Assembly: GCA_021513715.1 (NCBI GenBank)
Contig: CP084167.1
Span: 1,056,001 to 1,120,000, forward strand
Length of the DNA stretch: 64,000 bases
Reading direction: 5' to 3'
Source: Candidatus Heimdallarchaeum endolithica
Lineage (GTDB): Archaea > Asgardarchaeota > Heimdallarchaeia > Heimdallarchaeales > Heimdallarchaeaceae
The position numbers were made by a program, and so were the translations under genes. The notes below the pieces were generated by a model. The model was not told where the DNA came from and did no database searches. It saw only the letters and a program-made list of their open reading frames with translations. Positions 59,613 to 64,000 of the stretch are shown piece after piece; within the stretch, counting starts at the first letter, position 1, and every line of letters starts with the position of its first letter.

Positions 59613-60641
59613 ATGAATGAACAAAATGAGATCACTTCAGAAGGGGAGTTACTAAACGAAAGAGGACATCTAAATTACAAAGGGTGGGCAAGGAAACCTT
59701 ATCTCAAGTATAATAGAGAAAATATAGGAAAAAAGTGGTTTAGGATAAAAGAATGGGATTATTATGCAATTATGCATCCTGATTATGCAATTTCTTTCAC
59801 TATTGCCGACTTAGGCATTATGGGAATATATAATGTTGTCTGGATTGATTTTAAAGAGAAGAATTTTGTTACAGGAGAAGAGTCAAAGTTATTTACAAAA
59901 GGGCAAACAAACTTACCCATTTCTTCGGAGAAAGGAGATATCCACTACAAAGGTAAAAACTTCAAAATTAGCATTTTAAAGAAAGATAATCAACGAATTA
60001 TTAATTTTGACTTTTCTAATTTTACAAAAAATTCAGATATAAGTGGAGAACTTGTTCTTTATCAAGACCCAAATATGGATACAATGGTTATCGCCACTCC
60101 TTGGAAAAACAATCCTAAATGCTTCTACTATAATCAAAAAATCAACTGCATGCCTACTGAAGGAATAGTAAAATATGTTAATAAAGAGTATAGCTTTAAA
60201 AAAGAGAATAGTTTTGCAGTCTTGGATTGGGGAAGGGGAGTTTGGCCTTATAAAGACATCTGGTACTGGGGTTCAGCTTCAGGAATACAAGATGGTGTTT
60301 CTGTAGGTTTTAATATTGGATATGGTTTTGGTGACACTTCTGCAGCAACAGAGAACATTTTTTATTACGATAACAAAGGACACAAACTTGATCAAGTAAC
60401 CTTTCATATCGACGAATCTGATTACTTGAAACCTTGGAAATTCACAAGTAATGATGGAAGATTTGAGATGGATTTCGAACCCATTATAGACAGAAATTCA
60501 AAAGTAAACTTGTTAATTTTCAAATCAATTCAACATCAAGTTTTTGGATATTTTACTGGAAAAGTCATTTTAGATGATGGAACAGAGGTTAAAGTAGACA
60601 AATTATTAGGTTTTGCTGAGAAAGTGATTAATCGGTGGTAA
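59613..60641 (+). CDS. DUF2804 family protein
   Basis: GWARKP, RIKEWDYY, FYYNQKINCMP, LDWGRGVW, QHQVFG, GFAEKVINRW. Confidence 0.85.
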   Translation: MNEQNEITSEGELLNERGHLNYKGWARKPYLKYNRENIGKKWFRIKEWDYYAIMHPDYAISFTIADLGIMGIYNVVWIDFKEKNFVTGEESKLFTKGQTNLPISSEKGDIHYKGKNFKISILKKDNQRIINFDFSNFTKNSDISGELVLYQDPNMDTMVIATPWKNNPKCFYYNQKINCMPTEGIVKYVNKEYSFKKENSFAVLDWGRGVWPYKDIWYWGSASGIQDGVSVGFNIGYGFGDTSAATENIFYYDNKGHKLDQVTFHIDESDYLKPWKFTSNDGRFEMDFEPIIDRNSKVNLLIFKSIQHQVFGYFTGKVILDDGTEVKVDKLLGFAEKVINRW

Positions 60642-60661
60642 AGAGAAATGAATTAAAGCTG

Positions 60662-61129
60662 TTATACTCTTTTTTGAATAATGTGTAAATCGATATTTAA
60701 TTCAGTTATTATTTTTCTTTGTGTTTGGGATGATAATTCTTTTTCTTCTAGAAAGTAAGCTGGTATTTTATAGATTTTAGCTATTGCTAAATTAAAACAA
60801 TCAGGTAGCGCAATAGGGATTTTGCATTTTATCAAAGCTGCAAGTTCATCAATTTCATCATTAGATACAATAATAAAAGAATTTACAAGGCTGCTTACAT
60901 ACTCTTTTGCTTTTTTCCAGCCCTTTATTCTACAACTTATATACAAAAGTTCCGTTTTTGTCAAAAAAGAAATGAATATTTGTTTATAATTATGATTTTG
61001 GAATAATTCTGAATTCAAATAATTAAAATATTTTCTTGAATCTTTTTTTGTCTTGTCTAAAGTCAAATACTCCAACAGAACACCAGTATCCACAACTGCA
61101 GCTTTAGCTTTTAGGGAGCGACTAGTCAT
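60662..61129 (-). CDS. vapC: PIN domain toxin (VapC-like)
   Basis: VVDTGVLLEY...TEL...LPDCFNLAIA; ATG overlaps the antitoxin stop. Confidence 0.82.
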   Translation of the reverse strand: MTSRSLKAKAAVVDTGVLLEYLTLDKTKKDSRKYFNYLNSELFQNHNYKQIFISFLTKTELLYISCRIKGWKKAKEYVSSLVNSFIIVSNDEIDELAALIKCKIPIALPDCFNLAIAKIYKIPAYFLEEKELSSQTQRKIITELNIDLHIIQKRV

Positions 61130-61358
61130 TTTCTCTATATTCCTTCCGTAAATTAGCGTATATTTCTTTGGCTTCAGTCTCAAGCGTTCCTGCAAATTCA
61201 CTTAATACTTTTTTTGGAAAGGTGGATTCATTTTTTTCTAATAAATATTCTATAACCTCATCATAACTTAAACGACGACCTAATTCTCTTTCTAATTTGT
61301 TTTTTATATTAAAGAGAGCTTCTTTTGTCTCTTTCTTTATTTGAATTGTCGTTGACAT
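61122..61358 (-). CDS. vapB: VapB-like RHH antitoxin
   Basis: TTIQIKKETKEAL...SYDEVIEYLL...FAGTL, directly upstream of the PIN gene. Confidence 0.82.
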   Translation of the reverse strand: MSTTIQIKKETKEALFNIKNKLERELGRRLSYDEVIEYLLEKNESTFPKKVLSEFAGTLETEAKEIYANLRKEYREND

Positions 61359-61801
61359 ATACACTATAGTAACTATAGCTTCATTAGCATTAATAGTTTT
61401 CGTAATAGTTAACTTAAATCAATTCTTTCGGTTGCAGCTCGTTTTAATAGGTTCATATTGCTAATTCTTCTTTTTCTTCTTCCATTGATTCTACAAAAGT
61501 AAGTTCTTATTCTCGTCTGTCTGCTCTAAGAGCTTTAATAAATGTTTCTGAATATCTTTTACTGATTTTTCATATTATTTTTCTTAGGCTAATGTTTGTA
61601 AATCTGGTTCGTTAGAATCAATTTTTTTATTTCTGTTCGCATTTAGATGACCTAGTTAAAACTTGCAAGTTCATTTAATGCTTTAATAGTTATTCACTAA
61701 TATCTATAGAAAAATAGTTTTATTATGCATTAGTAAAATAGACTCTTTGTATTAAAATTTCGTTAAAAAGTAAATTTAAAAAAGACTATAAAATCAAAGA
61801 A

Positions 61802-62746
61802 ATGAGATTAATGCATTATATTACTGAACTAGCTATTAGAATAGGTATTATCTACGGAGGAATATTAGCTGGTTTTCTTCTCCAATTTTTAAAAAACTCT
61901 GAAAAATTAAGTAAATGGTTGACTTTCATTGGTTTAAATATTCTTACTCCTGTTCTTCTCATTTTTGTAATGTTAGGAATTGATGATACATCAATATCTT
62001 GGGGTTATATTGTACTAGTTGGTATTCTAACTTGCATTTTTTCTATGATTATAGATTGGTTGTGGATACGAAACAGACTAGATATGACTAATGCACGAAA
62101 AGGAGCTGAAATTAGTGCAGTAAGTTTTATGAACAGTCTTTTTTACCCTTTTCCAATAATCATAGGTTTAGTAGGTAATGATGGATTACTCGCTGCTTCT
62201 ATTTTTCTAATAGTTAATGTGATCCTTAGAAACAGTTTGGGCGTTTTTATTGGCATTTATTTTGGTTCTACTGAAGGAAAGTCTTTATGGAAAATAATGA
62301 GAGGGATGCTCTTATTTCCACCTTCTATAGGTTTAATAATCGGAGCGATCTTGAGAGTTATTTTAGGAAACGTTGTTCCAAATAACATAGGAGTAGATAT
62401 TTTCAGAGATGTAACAATGTTTTTAATGTTAGCTTTAGTAGGATTAAAGTTCAGATTCCCAAAAAAACAAGAATGGAAAGAAGCAGCTATCAGTCGAGGA
62501 GTAATCACCAGATTTGGAGGAGGGTTATTAGCAACAATACCCATATTTTTCTTTCCTTTAGCAATTCCTGCTCAAGTTTCTTTAATAGTACAAAGTCTTT
62601 CTCCTCCTGCTGTAAATAATACTGCTTACGCCAACTATTTTAACTTAGATGGGACTATAACAAGCAGATATATAACGATTTTAACATTAATTGGTTTGAT
62701 TTTACTTCCCCTAGAAATCTTGGTTATAACTTATTTTGTTTTATAA
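61802..62746 (+). CDS. AEC (auxin efflux carrier) family transporter
   Basis: About 10 TM; FMNSLFYPFPI and SPPAVNNTAYA crossover motifs. Confidence 0.82.
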   Translation: MRLMHYITELAIRIGIIYGGILAGFLLQFLKNSEKLSKWLTFIGLNILTPVLLIFVMLGIDDTSISWGYIVLVGILTCIFSMIIDWLWIRNRLDMTNARKGAEISAVSFMNSLFYPFPIIIGLVGNDGLLAASIFLIVNVILRNSLGVFIGIYFGSTEGKSLWKIMRGMLLFPPSIGLIIGAILRVILGNVVPNNIGVDIFRDVTMFLMLALVGLKFRFPKKQEWKEAAISRGVITRFGGGLLATIPIFFFPLAIPAQVSLIVQSLSPPAVNNTAYANYFNLDGTITSRYITILTLIGLILLPLEILVITYFVL

Positions 62747-62952
62747 ATATCTTAACTAACGATAGAACTAAAAAAAATCAAAGAGCGTTTCTAAGCTTCA
62801 AAAACAAAATAGTGAAAAAGGATTAGAAAAAGGAGAAAAGGAAAGGCAAAATAACGTTTTAGAAAAAAGAAATTTAAAAAGACGGACTAATTAAGCATTC
62901 AAATTTGTTGTTTAAAAGAAATGTTTTTTAATAATAAATAGTTCATTTTACT

Positions 62953-64000
62953 ATGAAAATGCGTGAAATAATTAAAAATGTATATTGGTTAGGAGCTGTT
63001 GATTGGGATAGAAGGCTTTTTGACTCCCTTATTCCTTTACCTGATGGAACAAGCTATAACGCTTACTTAATTAAAGGAAAGGAAAAAACAGCGCTAATTG
63101 ACTCTGTCGACCCACCAATGACAGAGAAACTATTAGAACAGCTAAGTTCTATTTCTCAAATAGATTACATCATCTCCCATCACTCTGAACAGGATCATTC
63201 AGGAGCTATCCCTGCCGTTTTAGAGCTCTTTCCTTCTGCTACTGTACTTACTACAGAAAAAGGAAAAGACATGTTAACAAACCATCTTCTTATCCCAGAA
63301 GAACAGTTTAAAGTAGTTGAAGATGGAGAAGAAATATCCTTAGGTGATAAAACTTTACGTTTTATTCATACTCCTTGGGTTCATTGGCCTGAAACAATGG
63401 TTAGTTATCTAGTTGAAGATAAAATTCTTTTCTCGTGTGATTTTTTTGGTTCTCATATAGCTACTACAGACCTCTATGTCACTGACGAGGGGTTGGTCTA
63501 CGAAGCTGCAAAAAGGTATTTTGCAGAAATAATGATGCCCTTTAGTAACATTATCAAGCGCAACATGACTAAAATTGCAGAGTTAAAAATAAAACTTATC
63601 TGTCCGAGTCATGGACCTATTTATGATAAACCAGAATTTATCCTCAATGCTTATGAAGAATGGATCTCTGACAAAAGAGAGAATCTTGTAGTCATCCCTT
63701 ACGTTTCTATGCACGGGACAACTAGAAAAATGGTAGAATACCTTGTAGGAAAATTAGCTGAAGAAGGTATAACAGCTTATCAATTTGATTTAGTAGGAGG
63801 AGATATAGGAAAACTTGCAATAAACCTAGTGGGAGCAGCTACCGTTGTCCTTGGAACACCCACTATACATGCAGGTCCCCATCCTCTTGCAGTTTATGCA
63901 ACCTATCTACTAAATGCTATTAGGCCAAAAATAAAATTCATAACTGTAATAGGTTCCTACGGCTGGTTTTCAAATACTGTAAAACAAGTAGTTGCTATGG
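62953..64000 (+). CDS. fprA: FprA family flavodiiron protein, truncated by the window end; not in the ORF track
   Basis: Manual translation MKMREIIKNVYWLGAVDWDRRLFDSLIPLPDGTSYNAYL...HHSEQDHSG...HWPETM...SCDFFGSH...PSHGP...YVSMHGTT. Confidence 0.95.
   Translation, partial: MKMREIIKNVYWLGAVDWDRRLFDSLIPLPDGTSYNAYLIKGKEKTALIDSVDPPMTEKLLEQLSSISQIDYIISHHSEQDHSGAIPAVLELFPSATVLTTEKGKDMLTNHLLIPEEQFKVVEDGEEISLGDKTLRFIHTPWVHWPETMVSYLVEDKILFSCDFFGSHIATTDLYVTDEGLVYEAAKRYFAEIMMPFSNIIKRNMTKIAELKIKLICPSHGPIYDKPEFILNAYEEWISDKRENLVVIPYVSMHGTTRKMVEYLVGKLAEEGITAYQFDLVGGDIGKLAINLVGAATVVLGTPTIHAGPHPLAVYATYLLNAIRPKIKFITVIGSYGWFSNTVKQVVAM

Noticed and set aside
60662-61358. vapBC pair as a novel system
   Set aside because: Ordinary archaeal type II toxin-antitoxin arrangement.
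61390-61650. Possible gene relic upstream of vapB on the minus strand (…KRYSETFIKALRADRRE*ELTFVESMEEEKRR…)
   Set aside because: Coding-like but interrupted, with no family motif I can recognise.

Overview
AT-rich archaeal DNA, most likely from an Asgard (Heimdallarchaeia-like) genome. This is inferred from the GGTGA ribosome-binding sites, membrane-type LonB, a Site-1-protease-like S8 protein and expanded Ig-repeat surface proteins. 1-2.6 kb: the trailer end of a CRISPR array (34 repeats of 37 bp; no cas genes in the window). 2.6-21.8 kb: mixed accessory and housekeeping genes (EamA, HIT, secreted caspase-like protease, three HGSNAT/DUF1624-like acyltransferases, GT87, a HEPN-like module, Lrp, glnA, orphan m4C methyltransferase, ChrB, AhpD). 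Two loci stand out as candidate undescribed systems. (A) 22.0-49.4 kb: a transglutaminase-coiled-coil fusion, a Cdc48-like AAA+ ATPase with an apparent double-psi-barrel at the C-terminus, a 4125-aa membrane-anchored Ig-repeat protein with a membrane partner, a divergent tubulin/FtsZ-superfamily GTPase co-operonic with two coiled-coil proteins (one built from 42-bp tandem repeats), a DUF2997-like protein and a radical SAM enzyme. (B) 50.4-59.5 kb: a six-gene operon encoding a secreted aerolysin/ETX-like beta-hairpin protein, three membrane-anchored proteins with Lys-rich tails, a Site-1-protease-like subtilase lacking its catalytic residues, and a LonB with an intact ATPase but apparently dead protease domain. 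The window ends with DUF2804, vapBC, an AEC transporter and a truncated fprA. All family calls come from motifs read by eye; no database searches were run.
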